DNA of 64,000 bases from Octopus vulgaris (lineage: Eukaryota): NCBI GenBank assembly GCA_951406725.2, contig OX597818.1, forward strand, positions 41,602,001 to 41,666,000, given 5' to 3'. Below are positions 12,501-27,500 of this stretch, in pieces (the first letter of the stretch is position 1; each line of letters opens with the position of its first letter). The position numbers and the translations under genes were made by a program. The notes under the pieces were generated by a model. The model was not told the DNA's origin. It made no database searches and saw nothing but the letters and a program-made list of their open reading frames with translations.

Positions 12501-15500
12501 AGCTTGTTTTTCTTTTGCATGAAAATAAGGAGGTGAAGTTGATATGGGCTTAAATTACATCAGTTTATAAGACATTCCTGACAGGAGATAGAATTTAGAA
12601 GAGATGTACTGTGAGAATTCTTCTTTATAATTTGAATTTACAAAACAAAAATCAACTTCAACAGAAGCTGGGAATTTTACAATGGGTCAAATACCAAAAA
12701 TTACAAACACAAGCAGTCTAACTGCAGTGATAAACTGAGAAAGAGAAAGGTCTTTGAAAAGAGAAAAAAAAAATAAAGTGAATTTGAAGAGAAGACAAAT
12801 CACAAAACTAAGTCTAAAATGTTTCATAGATATTCATAAGGTAAATACATTTAAGAGACTTTCTATAGCTTATATATATATTACAAATTTTGTTTGAGTA
12901 AAGTTTATGCAAGATAATTTCCTAAATATGTTTAATAATTTTGATTAGAAATGACAATATCTTAACTAAATTATTACATTTATACTTTACATTTTAATGA
13001 AGAATTTAATAATGATTATTTTACTTAGAAAAACTTATCTTCCATTTGAATATTTCAGTGTAAATAATTCCAAGAATAAGTTTGTTTTAAATGAAAAGTA
13101 ATTACCTGGTAAACTTGGAACATAACCATTAGCATTCATTGCACCGGAATCTGGATCATTTGGAGGAACAATATTTCCCAAGCCATGTACAGGGACTCTA
13201 TGCTATTAAATAATAGATGAAAAATACAGATAACCTATTTTGTTCAGGTAAATTACTTAAATTATAAAATATGAATAACCTATCGTCAATATTTTCCAAT
13301 AAACAATTTTAATTTAAAAGCATTAAAAAAAAACAGGATATTTTCCAATTCCAAAGATGCAACAATTTATTTATTAATTCTTTTAGCATTTTTAAAATGA
13401 CATTATTTTCCTATATTGATGTTGATACTAAATCAGATATTACTCCTCTACATTAATGATTTTAAATGGATGCTGCATAAAATTAGACAAAACAATAAGA
13501 AAAGACTTACCTCAGTGTTAAGATTGACATCTTGATGAGTTGGTTGAGAGTATTCAGGAGCAGAATGCATAAACCTATTTGGAAACTCCAATAGCAGGCT
13601 TACTACTGCAGTGTGGCCTCCTTTGGCAGCTTCTATTATCATGGTCGAGCCATCCTGAATAATATGAAGAAAGTATCTAAATTCTGAAATGTTTCTTAGA
13701 TAGTCATAAGGAAATGTACTTTAAGAGACTATTCACAATTCTCTATCATAAGCATGGAGTAATGTTCAGGCAAAATAATTTTCCAAATATAATTTTTAAT
13801 AATTATCTTGAATGATATGTTTAAAATTTATTTTGATTCAAATATATGTACAATAAACAATGACTTTTGGTTGCTAGTTTTTTTTTCCCCCTAAGAATCA
13901 TAAAATCGAGTCAAAAATGCATACATATAAAATTATGATTTCTGTTTAGTGAAAATACACACCTTCAACCTGTGTGTGAGGTTAGCACCGCTATTTAATA
14001 ACAGTTCAACAACTTCAAGGTGGCCTCCCGCACAGGCTAAAGAAAGCACTGTGTGATCATTTGTTGAGGTCTGACGGTTAACATTGGCCCCTTGAAAGGA
14101 AAATGAAACAAAGCAAATTAAGTTGACTTAAAGCAATTTGCATTCAAAGTAGACACAATCACAATAAAATAATACCTCAAAATAGAAAAGAAAAAAATGT
14201 ACAGAAATATAGAATCTAGAATACAAGAGACCAACTAAGCAAAATCTTAATTTTTAATTACAAAACTGATCAAGTTATTAATTTACATAACTTCACTCAT
14301 GATAAAAGACTACATTTCAAAAATATAACAACTTTGATATACTCTAATTCAACTAAAATTATGAACTAAAATATATATTTTTTGATATTTGTTTTCCACA
14401 CAGTATCAAGTTTTGTTACAGAGATATACTATTACAATGCATTATATATACTCTGATTATATGCAGATGCTATAATTCTGTACACGTTTTCTTGTACTAG
14501 CATTGAACTTAAATTATTGCACCTCACAGGAGTTAAAAATAGTGAACTCTATAACTGAATTTCATTATAACCAAGGAAATTTAACACAACATCTATAAAA
14601 AGATTCTGACAGAACTAATAAAAATATCAAATAAAACCTTAGCTACAATCGAGTGTAATGGCTACAGCCATATTCAATTTGCTTTACAGTAATTCCAAAT
14701 GATTATCACACTTATTTGTTTTAAGAATTGTAATGTTTAGTATGTAATTTGAAGAATGTAAAAGAGCAAGGGTGACAGAAGCAAATTTAGGGGATTAGGG
14801 TGACAGATGGAACAAATAACAACAGATCAAAACGTTAAAAATTATAGAGTGAAGAAGGAATGCTCATCAGAAGCACAATGTTTTTGGCAATATGGTGCAT
14901 GAGTGCATTATCACAGATGTGTGAGCAGCACAAAGAAGCCACACTTTGTGATGTATGTCTTGTATGGATTATGATTATCTTAAATATATATTGGCTTAAG
15001 ATGAGCAGGTCTTCTGTTTTAAAATGTGTACTGTCTCTAATGTTAGAGAAATAAGTAAACCCTATGTGGGGTTTTATGTTTCAAGGTAAATATTCATAAG
15101 AAAATGAAAATATAAGTTTGCTGAGAGAAAGACAGACAGAAAGAGAGAGCATGTATGTGTAACATACTGAGTCTATGCTTTTGTTAGTTGCTTTAGTGAG
15201 GAAATCTGATAAATGGTTTGTTGGGTGCAGAGTAGATAGCAATTTTAAAGGCATTGACTACAAGAAATGTCACCACAGTTGGTAAGTGATAGGCAAAATT
15301 GACTGATCTACTTTAATCACCATCATCATCATTTAACATCCATCTTCCATACTGGCATGGGTTGGACATTAATAAATCATAATTCATGCTAAAGAAACTT
15401 TTGCTCTCTGAGCAGTGTTCTTGTACAAGTGTTTGCAAACAAATGCTTTCATGTAAGTAACAGAGGTTTATTCCCCCAAGGTGGCGTAAATCTGAGCTTC

Positions 15501-18500
15501 TATGGCAGCAACTAAACTTCTTGCAAACCATTCAGGCGCCATTGGTTTGATGTGTGGAATATATGAGAGGATTAAGCAATTGTTGAAACAACAATTTCAG
15601 ATGGATAAGGAATGAAATTCTACTGATGAGGGCTTAGAATTGAAAATCAGTTAATTCATATGAAAAGAGATAAATGAAGCTGATGAGTGGTAATTCAATG
15701 TACAGTGAAATGTAGCAATAAAGCAAAAGTCAGTAGGTACCAAATATGCACATGATGGTAGGTAGTAAAGCAAGTGAGATTAAAGGTGAAATGAGATTAA
15801 GTGTTCAAGATGTTGCAAAGGTCAATCAAAGACAAATTGCTGGATAAGTTTAGTGAATAGTTAGGGTAATAGATGATCATAGAAGAGATAGAAAGCTTCA
15901 CCTGAAAGAAGTTGTTAATCTTTATTGCTGTCACTTAAGAGCAAGATTTAAAAAAAAAAAAGAGGAATAAATGTATCTAAACAGAATAGAAGAAATTTAT
16001 ATTCTAGAGATAAAGAGAAGGCAAGGTTGGGATGTGAGCAGAAGGGAGCACAAGTGTAAGTGTAGAAGATAGGAAATTGTTCAGCAAATTCATATTTCAT
16101 TATTTGATTTGGGAAGAGAATACAAATATTCAGTTGTTGTTGATGGGATCTCTAGCTAAGGTAATTCCTCAAAGTGTTATAATGAGATTAGTTCTTATTT
16201 GACAACAGATCCCTACTGAGAAAGTTTTACCATTGGTACCTTCTGATAGCCAGTCACTTTACAAGAGATTAATACATGTGAGATCAGCACAACTAGAAAC
16301 TGGATGCCGTTCTTGCTGCTTCTCTGATCCTGGCACACTGGCAACAAATGCACGCAGTTAAAGGCATCTAAACAATAAAAGATAGTTTCTCACTAGATAT
16401 CATTTTAGGCATACTACCATAAGATTGAACAGACACAAAAAATATTAAATCACATTCAAGAAGCAACATAAAGACAAGTTTACCTTTATTTATTAAAAAT
16501 TGGACAGTGCATTGATGTCCTGCCCTGGCAGCTTTCATTAAAGGTGTTCTTCCTCCTTCAGATTCATGTTCCTAGAATGTAAAAGAAAGCCAATTTGGCA
16601 TAATGTATTAACTATCAAGGTAATTTACAATGAGAAATTACACAATACCATAACACTAAAAAAACTTTGGATGACACAATGTTTTTGTATCAGCAAAAGT
16701 AATACAAAAATATATTTCATTAAAGGAGTCATTAAGTTACTAATATATTTTTCATAAATTTTTTTCATAACAGAAAAATATAAAACAATTTTGAATGGGT
16801 ATGTGTGGTTATTAATAATAATAAACTATTTTTAAGTTGAAATTGTGATTCTGTAACCTTACCAGTTTTGCATTAGCACGAAGGAGGATCTCTGCAACAT
16901 CCGTGTGTCCATTCTCACAAGCATACGTCAGTGCTGTATCGCCTGTTGCAGTCTGAGCATGAACATTTGCATCTGGAATTGAATGTTAGAACACAAATGA
17001 GAAAAACAAAACATTGAAATAAATATACGAAATAAGTAAAGTAACATAATGTGGATGGCAATCTGTATTTCAGAAACTGAAGTAAAACCTCAACCTTTTA
17101 CTATCATATATGAACTAAATTCAGAATAGAACTGAATATTTTTAGCACTTTTCTTTCATTAACCTTGTAACTCAAATTATTCTGGAAAACTAAATTAAAA
17201 TTATATCAAATCTACCAGTAATAGCATTAATATACCATATAAATACAGTTGTGTTCAGAAAGGGATAAGGAAACTAGGATTAGGGTTAAGAGATTTTATG
17301 AAAGTGAATCTGGTAGAAGCATTTACGTTTCTAAGAACAATGTGTTAGTAAATTTTCCTATTTCTTTCACTCAAATTTTATATTCAAACAATACTTTAAA
17401 TATTGAAAAGAATGGACATAAAGAAACTCAATTAGATATATAGTATCTGAGTTTTATTTCTTTTAAAAATAGCCAACTGTTATGTGAGGTATTTAATCTT
17501 GTTTTCCTTTTTAAGTATTTAATTTCGGTATAGTTTAGATTTTTGAACTGGTAAACTGACACATTCCCAATTTACTTTTACAGAATTTTTATATCCTTTT
17601 ATTTTATAGCCATGTATTTTTTTTTAAGTTACATCTTATTCTCAAATGTGATGGCAGAAATACAGCCTTTAAACTGACAAAGTAGCTTGATGATTCACAC
17701 TGTGAATAGGTTCTGTAATTAGTTTAACTCCTTAGCATTCAGATTACTCCATCAAATGTAATTCTTATTTATTCACGTTGTTTTGAATTACATATCTTTT
17801 AGCTTCAAGATTTCAATGATTCAATTGTTTATCTTTCGAATGACGCTGTAGGTGAATGCGAAAGGCCTTTTCCAGCCAGTTTGAGTATAAAACAGGCAAA
17901 ACATTTAGGCCTGATATAGCTGCTTTAAATGCTAATGGTTAATTGTAAATAGAAATTGGAGTTAATGATACCATAAAATGCTGAGTTAGAATCAGAGTCA
18001 AACAAAATCCTGATGGAAACAATAGAAATTACCAACAAATAAATCCTGAAAAGTGTTTCTTCAAATCTTGTCCAAGTTTATGTAAAAGTCAATAATTCAA
18101 ACTAGATTCAATAATTTGTAATTTTATTTACAACAGTAAAATATCTTACCATTACTTAAAAGATAACTAACTAAATCCAGATGCCCTTCTTGAGCTGCCT
18201 CCATAAGAGGAGTGCTACATCCAAGTTCTATGTCAGCACCAGCTTTGATAAGAAAGTCAGCCACCTCAAGAAATCCACCACAACAGGCCAGAGTTAAAGC
18301 TGTCTCTTGTGTTTCTTCAGTTTGGGCATTGATGTCAGCACCTGCAATTGATTAAACACATCTTCAATAGAAAATAATATAAACATCTTAAGAAAATAAT
18401 TTTAAAATATTTTCTCTGCTAAATTAGTCATCAAAAAATATCTTTCTTTTTCACATTACTAGTCAGGGATGAAATGGGATTACTCCAACTGTTCTGTTCA

Positions 18501-21500
18501 TCCCTGTAAAGTCAATAACTACAAGTTAAGTAATGGAAATTGATTTAATCAACTGTTTCCTAATCCTAAATTTGTTACTATTCTATTACTCAATTCTTTG
18601 AATAATGCTATGGGAGAGTGTATAACACTCTAAAATCAATGACGTAGTGGACAGATATGAATCAATGCTTCAGAACACATTAGCTGTAGTCATTGCAAAA
18701 ATCCCAAACAAATGACATCATAAACTTCTGCACATGATAGAGCTGCTTCTATCTGAGATTACAATGAAAATAATTAAGTCTAATCAACAAAATGCTGCAT
18801 CCTCCCTCTGCATGGCTATTTTTTAAAATGCTAATTGGACACACACTGACACCATACATCTACAGTAATTATTGACATGCAGTAATTAATTAATTCTGAA
18901 AAGCACTACCTAAATGCAATTCCTTCCCAACCTATGTATTCCTATATTACACTGCAATTTTTCAATTATTAGACTACTTAACACTTTTTCACACCATCTT
19001 TCAAACCAATAGTACCCATCCACAAGCTATTTAAAGCTCACAGCTCACTTCCAAACCACACTGATTCTCTTCTTTGTTACACACTATTTCATTTCAGCTA
19101 AGCTGTGATTCTTCAAGCTTCCCATTAGTTACACTAACCTTACTCAACATACATTTTTGTTGTGAAAGACAAGTTCCTTCTTGAACTGGAAATAGAGAGG
19201 AAGAGAAAAATAAAATACATAGATATATATATCATCTTCGTTTAAGGTCTGCCTTCCATGAGGTTTGGAAAGCAAGTGGCCACACCAGGCTCCAATCTGA
19301 TCTGGCAATGTTTCAACAGCTGGATACCCTTCCTAACACCAACCACTCCGAGAGTGTAGTGGGTGCTTTTTATGTGCCACCAGCATGGGAGCCAGTCAGG
19401 CTGACCTGGCATCGACCATGTTCAGATGGTGCCTTTTACGGGCCAACAGCATGGGAGCCAGTCAGTCGGGGCACTGAATTTACCATTTAGTCTCCTATCC
19501 TATTTCTAAAAAGCATTATCTTTATTTTCATTCAGCTAAAATACTATATCCACATCCATATATCAAAACCACTGTTGAGCCTAGGTTTTCATAATTCTAC
19601 ATCCATTTTTCTATGTTGGTTATGGCTCAACAGATATTCCTATGTCTTACCACTTGTGTTCCTTTGTCATCTAGCACACACATACACACAGCAACAGGAA
19701 TGTTGCCAATCTTTGTTACTGTGGGGGTTTTTTTTTTTGGTAGGCTTTCATGGCTGGATGTGCTGCTTGCAACCAAACATACATACTTAAATGAGAATTC
19801 ATGCCAAATCTCATAAATGAAATAACAAAAACTTACCATGAGCAAGTAAAAGTGCTACCATTTCTTCATGGCCCTCTCGTGCAGCTTCCATTAGTGGTGT
19901 ATAACCTTCATCATTAACTTCTTCCAAATTTGCACCTCTTTCAATTAACAAGTTTGCTAATTCCACATGCCCACCACATGCAGCTAATGTTAAAGGTGAT
20001 TCAAAACTATCAGCAGGCATATTAACCTACAAATATTAATGATATAAAGATAAATTAATATAGACATAGAGTTTCAAAACTTTAAAAGAGGAATGTAAAG
20101 ATGTAATATTGAATGTGAGCTTTAATAATGTGAAAGAAAATAAATGATCAACTATATTCAAAGAAAAGCAAAACCCTCATTACTGCATCACAATAACAGT
20201 ACTCCCACCCACAAGAACATTTAGCACAGTTCACTATGATCTGCAAAAGCAATACCTCATCTCTCCTGACAAATTTATTCTTAAATATACACATGGGGAA
20301 TAGGAAGGAATTACAACCGTGTTTCGTGGTCTGCTACCACAACAGCTCCTTTATAGGATCCAGTTAGCTCAGAGGAATACTATAATTGGGAAAATGAAAG
20401 ATTCTCTTCATGCCTTATCCCCCACTAAAACTATCATTGTTGCAGTAGAAAAGAATCTTATTGGGTTTCACAGCCTGATTATAGAATAAATTAACCAAGA
20501 TCTTACTGTTTATACTACAGTATGTTAATAATATTGATATTATCAGAAAGTCATATTCACTAGGAATTAAACTCTGAATTAAAAAACACTATACGAGTAA
20601 AATAATTGTCCATAAAGTTGTTTACCTGAGCTCCACTATCCAAAAGTAGTTTAGCTACTTCGACATGACCATCCATCGAAGCTTCCATCAGAGCTGTATG
20701 CATTTCATCTGTTTTATGTTCTTGATCAGCTCCAGCTTCTAATAAAAATCGAACCATTTCTAAATGTCCTGTGAAATAAGAAATAATAATAATGAATTTT
20801 AACTTTTTGCACAGAACTACATATTGTGTTGGGGAAGGGGGTTTGAAATCAAATAGAGAGCAGTACTTTGTAGCTATTTTATCAAAGCCAAAAAAGAAAC
20901 AAAGTAAACTCCACTAAGATTTTCATAAGCATAACAAAGGGACATAACTAAACACTGCTGCTTTAGCTACTGCACTGCCATAGTAAAGACAATTTGAAAA
21001 GAAAATAAAGCCCAAAGAAAATTTACATTAATCTCATTAAATATACCAGAAATAGAATTAACAAAACAGGATCCCAATTTTGGGAGACCCTATTGGGAAC
21101 TATTTCAAAAGAGATTTATTTTTAGCAAGTTCTAATGACTATATGAAGAAACATGAAGGTGGAGTGCTGTACATGAAAACCAAATGACCTTCATTCTCAT
21201 AAATTGTACATTCTAAAACAAATCTGTAGCTAACGGATTTAAGCTGAAAGCAAAACAAATTATAGAACAATAGTGTGAATGTAAGAGGTTTTCAAGTGTC
21301 AACTATTCAAGAGCACCAGCCAATCTATTTATGGCTAGAGATAAGGTTCGAAATCTATGATTGTTCTCAACAGTTTTCCAAAGGGAACCAAGACAAACCA
21401 GATTATAAAATTTATCTACTATTTCTTTTAGTATTTTAAAACGACATTATTTTGCTACATTGATGTTGACACAAAATCAGGAGGCATCAATCTCAAACTA

Positions 21501-24500
21501 CACACACACAGAGGAAATAATGCATAAGATAAGCAAAAGAGTTGGAAAAATTCAAAGAAAGATGTCAAATAAATACATCTTAAACATATTGTACTATAGT
21601 GGGTGTACCTAAGAGTATAATTAGTGTATGATTTTATTACCACACCATATTACTCATGATTTCATTCCTAAATAATATTCAATAATCTTACAAACCAAAA
21701 TGACTAAGAAAATAAGCTACACAAATAGTTTTGAAATAACTGATACAGAAAATAGGAGGCCTATGCAGAATTTATCAAAGAGCAGCAGAATAGATTGAGT
21801 CCTAAACCTTAAAGGTTAATATGATAAATGCTATAGTTCTAATGAAGTAACAGAGAGCAGAAAATAGCAGTGGCATCTGGCAAATGATCTGTTTCTATAC
21901 ATAAGGAGGAGATAGAAACTCAATACTGTAAGGCAACAATGTTTACATACAGTGTGCAGTAGAAAATATTAGACTGACAGAGATCTCAGGCTATTGACAT
22001 GATAGCTATACATAGGACAAATAAACAGTAAAAATCATCCATGAAGCAGTTGATAGATTACGAGATGATCTAAGTGATAGAGGATATTGTAGTGATAATA
22101 TGACAGCCAGAGCAACAAAAGGGCTGGGAAACATTTAAAAAGCAGTTGTTGCTGCCAATGACAGAAGTCTTCTTTTTTCTTTTTAAATGAAAGGCAGATT
22201 ATAAAGAATGTGTTTAAAAAAAGAAAAGGATACTCTGTGATAGTGAAAGATAGACAAAAAATACAAAGAACTAGTAAAAATTGTATAAGAGTGAAACCTG
22301 ATAAATTTGATGTGTGCCAGGTTATATCACATAAAAAAGCTGCTGAACATTAAATGCCTTAGCTGGTCTTTATAGCAAAGAAAATGAGTAAGGACAGAAG
22401 ACATGAAACAGCAATGGTCATGTCTTAGGATACTGTATCTCACAAATAAAATGACAAAAGAAAAATTCATTCAACTCATGCTTGCAAAAAAAATATTAAA
22501 AACAAAAGAAATACAATAATAAATAAACTGGCATTTCCTAAGTGAGATGAATACTCAAAATGATTTGAAAATACTTGCCCTCCATAACACAGTGTGGAAG
22601 GCAGAGGAATGAAAGAGTTCCTTGAGTAAGTTGTTAATTTTAGAATATAACACTGAAAACAGGTGTTAGCCATAAAGATGAGACAAGAAACATGTAGCAA
22701 AATAGTGAAGGAAATAGCCAGAGAAATAAAAGAAATTGTGGAATAGTTTCTGAAAGCACCAAGAGTTCATTACTAAGTCACCTTCACATTATAAGACTCT
22801 TCCAACAAAACTATTTACAACAAAAAAAATTTTGGTGAAGGCATGACTGAATGGATAAAGTCTACTTTCTAACAACATGGTCTTGAGATTTGTCCCATTG
22901 CATGGCAACTGAGAGAGTGTCTTCTACTGTAGCTTTGGACTGATCAATGCCTTGTGAATGGAACTGATAGGCAGAGACTGTTCGGAAACATGCCAGTTGT
23001 GTGCATGCATGCAAATGTGAATATTTGCAGTCTATGTCTTTGCATTAAGTTTGTTGACATTCTTGTCAGCAGTTTTGAAAACAAGTGAAATTTAAAAAAA
23101 AACAACAACACCCTTTTACTAGAAAAACAGAAAACGATTAGCAACAAGGACATCTGGCCAAAAATCAATGACTCAACTCAAAGAAATGTAAAACAAATAG
23201 ATAGATTAAAATTTTATGGATATATTTTCTTAGTATGTTATGATATATTACAGTAAATAATAGATATTTAATAATACTTTCTCCTACATACCTTTGTAGC
23301 AAGCAAGTGTGAGGGCACTTTCTTTAAATTCATTGGAATGGGTATTGATTCCGGCACCGGCATCTAATAATATCTTTGCTACTCCCACATGACCTGCGCT
23401 AGCTGCTTCCATTAAAGGTGTGTGACCATTTTCATTGTGAACTTCAACATTGGCACCATATTCAATTAAAACCATCACAACATCCTCAAATCCACCACAG
23501 GCAGCATAGTGAAGAGGTGTATTACCTAAAAATAAGACCATTAAAATATTAGAACCAAGAAAAAAAAAAGTAAAATAAATGTAATGTTCAACATTCCAAG
23601 TTAGATCCTTCTGTTCCTCTCACTAAATGCCTTGCACATTCTTTAGATAAATGGGCAAGACATTTAGAGCAGTAATAAATTTAAATTTTGTCTGTATTCT
23701 AGTGTGTAAAAATGAATTAGATAAAAATTGATTTTAATAAATTATTTGCACAATGTGAAACCCATTAATATAGAATGTATAGAACGATGCCTTCATTAAA
23801 ATGGTTATATCCAACATTAGTAGACCCAAAACTTGAGTAGTTAATCACAAGCTGTTGTTAAGTAATATTACACATCTGTTTAGGTAAATTTAGACAGAGG
23901 CAAAGTGTTGTGCCTCAAAGTCCCAACCAGTCAGTAACTACTGTCATACTGTAAATACATTTCATTCTATTCATTTTGCTAACTATATATACAGTTAAGC
24001 CTTTGGATGTTTTGCATAACATTTATGAAATAATACAAATACACAAAAAACAGTCAAACTCAAAATTACAAAATAGAAAATAAGGAAAATCCAGAGAAAA
24101 CTTCCAAGAAAGGAAACATCTCCGAAACATCTTTATATATAACAATAAAAACCAGAAGTTACTTGTGGACTCTAAGAAATGATAACCTAGTTTAACAGCT
24201 ATTGAGCATTCTCATACAGTCTAGGAATATTCTTTATCTAAAAGTTTGTTTTGTAAAAGAGCATGTCTAATTTTAAAATAGTCAATTTTAACAAAAATAG
24301 TTGGTAGAGTTTAATTTTTGTTTATAACTTATGTTTAACAATGAGCTTCAGTAAAGAGAAAAAAATGGAATGCAAAGTGTGTGTATATCAACATTGGAGT
24401 GTAGAAGACACTTGAAAAGTAATTATGCAATTAAAATAGCTTTCAAGGAATTATTTCATTATATATTAATGCAGTATAATCATAGAAGACAAGAAGAAGA

Positions 24501-24518
24501 AATTCCATAAATTATTTA

Positions 24519-24552
<34 letters not shown>

Positions 24553-27500
24553 ACCAGCTGAAGATTGTGCATTCACATCAGCTCCATGAGTAATTAATAG
24601 TTTGGCAATGTCGACAAAACCTCCACTAGAAGCTTCCATTAATGGAGTACAGTCACCCTTGATGCCTCTGTCTTCAACATTTGCTTTCATAACCAACAAA
24701 ACCTATAAAGAAAATCAATAAAAAGCTAATTAGAAATACCGTAGATACTTTCAAATCAAATAGTATCTATATGTACAGAGTGGAATTTTCAAACCAGCTA
24801 TTTATAAATAAAAACATTTAAAGTAGATGTGTTTTTTTAAAAATAAAAATAACAATCAAATTAGATTCTTTGCAAGTTCTATATAGCTCTTACTGCCCCA
24901 TATAAGTTGAAAAGAGAAGGTACATAAACAATGCTCAGACTTAATAATACATAACACTAAATGGTTTTGAAAAACAGAAACTGAAAGAAGCCTACTATGT
25001 ATGCATGCATGCATATAAATGTCCTTCTTATGACATACTTGATGATTCTAAATGAACATCATCATCATACATTTCCGACTTTCCATGAAAAACATGTCAG
25101 GCCACTGGTGAGGGAAAGGGCATTCAGCCATTAACAAAATCTACCTCAACAGATTTCTATCTGACCCGCGCAAATATGGAAAAGTGGACAATGAATCACT
25201 GAGGATTAGGTATATCTGTACCTCTCCTTCATTACATACATACATGTGTGTGTATGTATGTATGTATGTATGTATGTATATATATACACACAGACACACA
25301 CAATAATGAGCAAAAAGAATGAGTGCTGAACACCAGGGGATAAATAATTATCATCATTTAACGTCCTCTTATAACTGATAGCTCGAAAGACTGCTTTTTA
25401 TGTAAATAGGAGATACTTTTGCACATTTCCCAACTAATAATTTCCTAACAAAGTAGAAGATATCTGGGAAACACAGGTTGGTATCTGATATTATTTGGGG
25501 CAATCAGTTTGTTAGGCTTAAGTGACCCTGAAAAGCTTCCACCTGATTGTGTTTATACAGGGTGAATAGAGTAGGCTCAAAAAAGACACTTTACAAAGAA
25601 AGCATGTGCAAAGACTAAAGTGGAACTAAAGCAGGCAGCAAGCACGTCCGTGTCTATAAGGGAATTGCTTGTTTGAAAGATAGTGAGGTCTTGATAAAGT
25701 ACCAGAAAACTTGGCTGATGCTCCTGAGTTCAGTTCACACTAAAGCTATTGTATTGTGGCACCAAAGCAAAATATCTAAGTTTCTCTCCAGCAACCCAGT
25801 GATTTTTTTTTTTAAAAGGTGACATTAATGGTTCTGATTGTGGGAAAGGAATCCAGTTAGAAAGATTGTTTTAACAATATACTAATGTCCGTATGTCCCA
25901 ATCATGCAAAAGCTATCCACTCATGCTGACATGAAAGATACAGAAACTAGACCACCCACCCCCAAAATTATTTTTATTGTTTCAGTTTTGGAAATACAAA
26001 TAGAAATAAACAATCATGAACTAACCTGAGCCAGTTCATAGTAGCCTGCTGAGCATGCAAGGGATAACAAACTCTCCCCCTCTTCCGTCGTCTCATGAAC
26101 ACTGCTACCTTCTTGTAACATCTTTCTTACTGCAGACACATCGCCATCACTGCATGCTTCCGCTAAAGATCGAGAGCTGCAAAAAAATTTCTAATAATTA
26201 TTGAAGAACATTACTATTCAAAATACATTTATACTGCTGGCTACCAAAAAGTTACAAGCAAAAGCTGAATTTATTAGTAAGTAAATAAATAAATAAAAGG
26301 AAAGCAACTAAATATATACAATATACTCACACTAGAATAACTGAAATTAACTGAATAAAAAAGGAAAAATATTTTACAAAATTGTAAGTATTCATTTTAT
26401 GTTGTTTCAATAATTTACTAACTTCAGCTAAAATGTATAAGGGTTGAGATACAGGAGATGCATTCGGTAATTATAATCTAATAATGCAGCTTTACATGAA
26501 TCATGTGGTTTACTGTATTTGTTGCGTGAAGCAATTGTCTCTTCACATAAATGTTATTTCATTAATTGTGATATAGAATCAGAAACTGAAGCAAGCCCAT
26601 CTTTTCCTCGGTGAATACAACACAATGACTGTATTAAAATTTCAACTTATGATCTGTTGGTCATTAATCTATAATTTCAATGCCTAATTTTGTTAATTAT
26701 TCAATCACAACAATGTGATTTCAGGATTGCCTCAAAAACAAAAATATAGTGTCTATACAAACAATATGCTGACCACCATTTGGCATAAACATTTCTTAAA
26801 TGAATATTCCCACACATACAAACACACAACTACCACAGCATTATATAATACTGCATTAAAAGTAGTGCTGCAATTCCTTTGTAAGCATATCAACTGAACT
26901 TGGTTTGTATTCCTAATAGGTGTCTCCAAGAGATTCCTGATCAACAAAGTAAATAACGAATGAAAGAGCAATATGTATAGCAGCCACTTTAGGTAATAGC
27001 AGAAAATATGGCATACATACAATAATTACTATTTAATTTTTATAAAATTTCTTGATGCTAATACAAAATGATGAAATGAATAATTTCCAAAAGAAAAATT
27101 TCTTAAAATTAAATAAAACAAAATGCTCAAACTGTGCATGTGTATGTGCATTTTATTCATTGCCTGCCATCAAGCCTAGTGTAAGCCTTATCCTGCACCT
27201 ATGTTTACTCTCTCTGCATCTCTCTTTAACTATCCCCCCTTCTCTATGTAATGTGAAGCCCAATTAGAGAAATCAACCAACTTATCAATCAACATTTATA
27301 ACTGCTATTATTATACAGAGACACAAATGTAGAAGAGTGCTAGCTGTTATATTTTGTTTCAGAAAATTTCTATTAAGAGACTTTATATATTAAAATCACA
27401 CAGCTTGCACAGAACATTGGCAGCAAATTGTCAGACACTGCTTTCATGACTTGATTTGGTATCCCCAATGACAAAATACTTTCAAACATTCTGGGCTAAA

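Noticed and set aside
20256-20425. Possible poison exon in the E-F intron (ttttag|TGGGGG ... GAG|gtattg)
   Set aside because: Only generic splice-like words with an early stop; nothing distinguishes it from chance.
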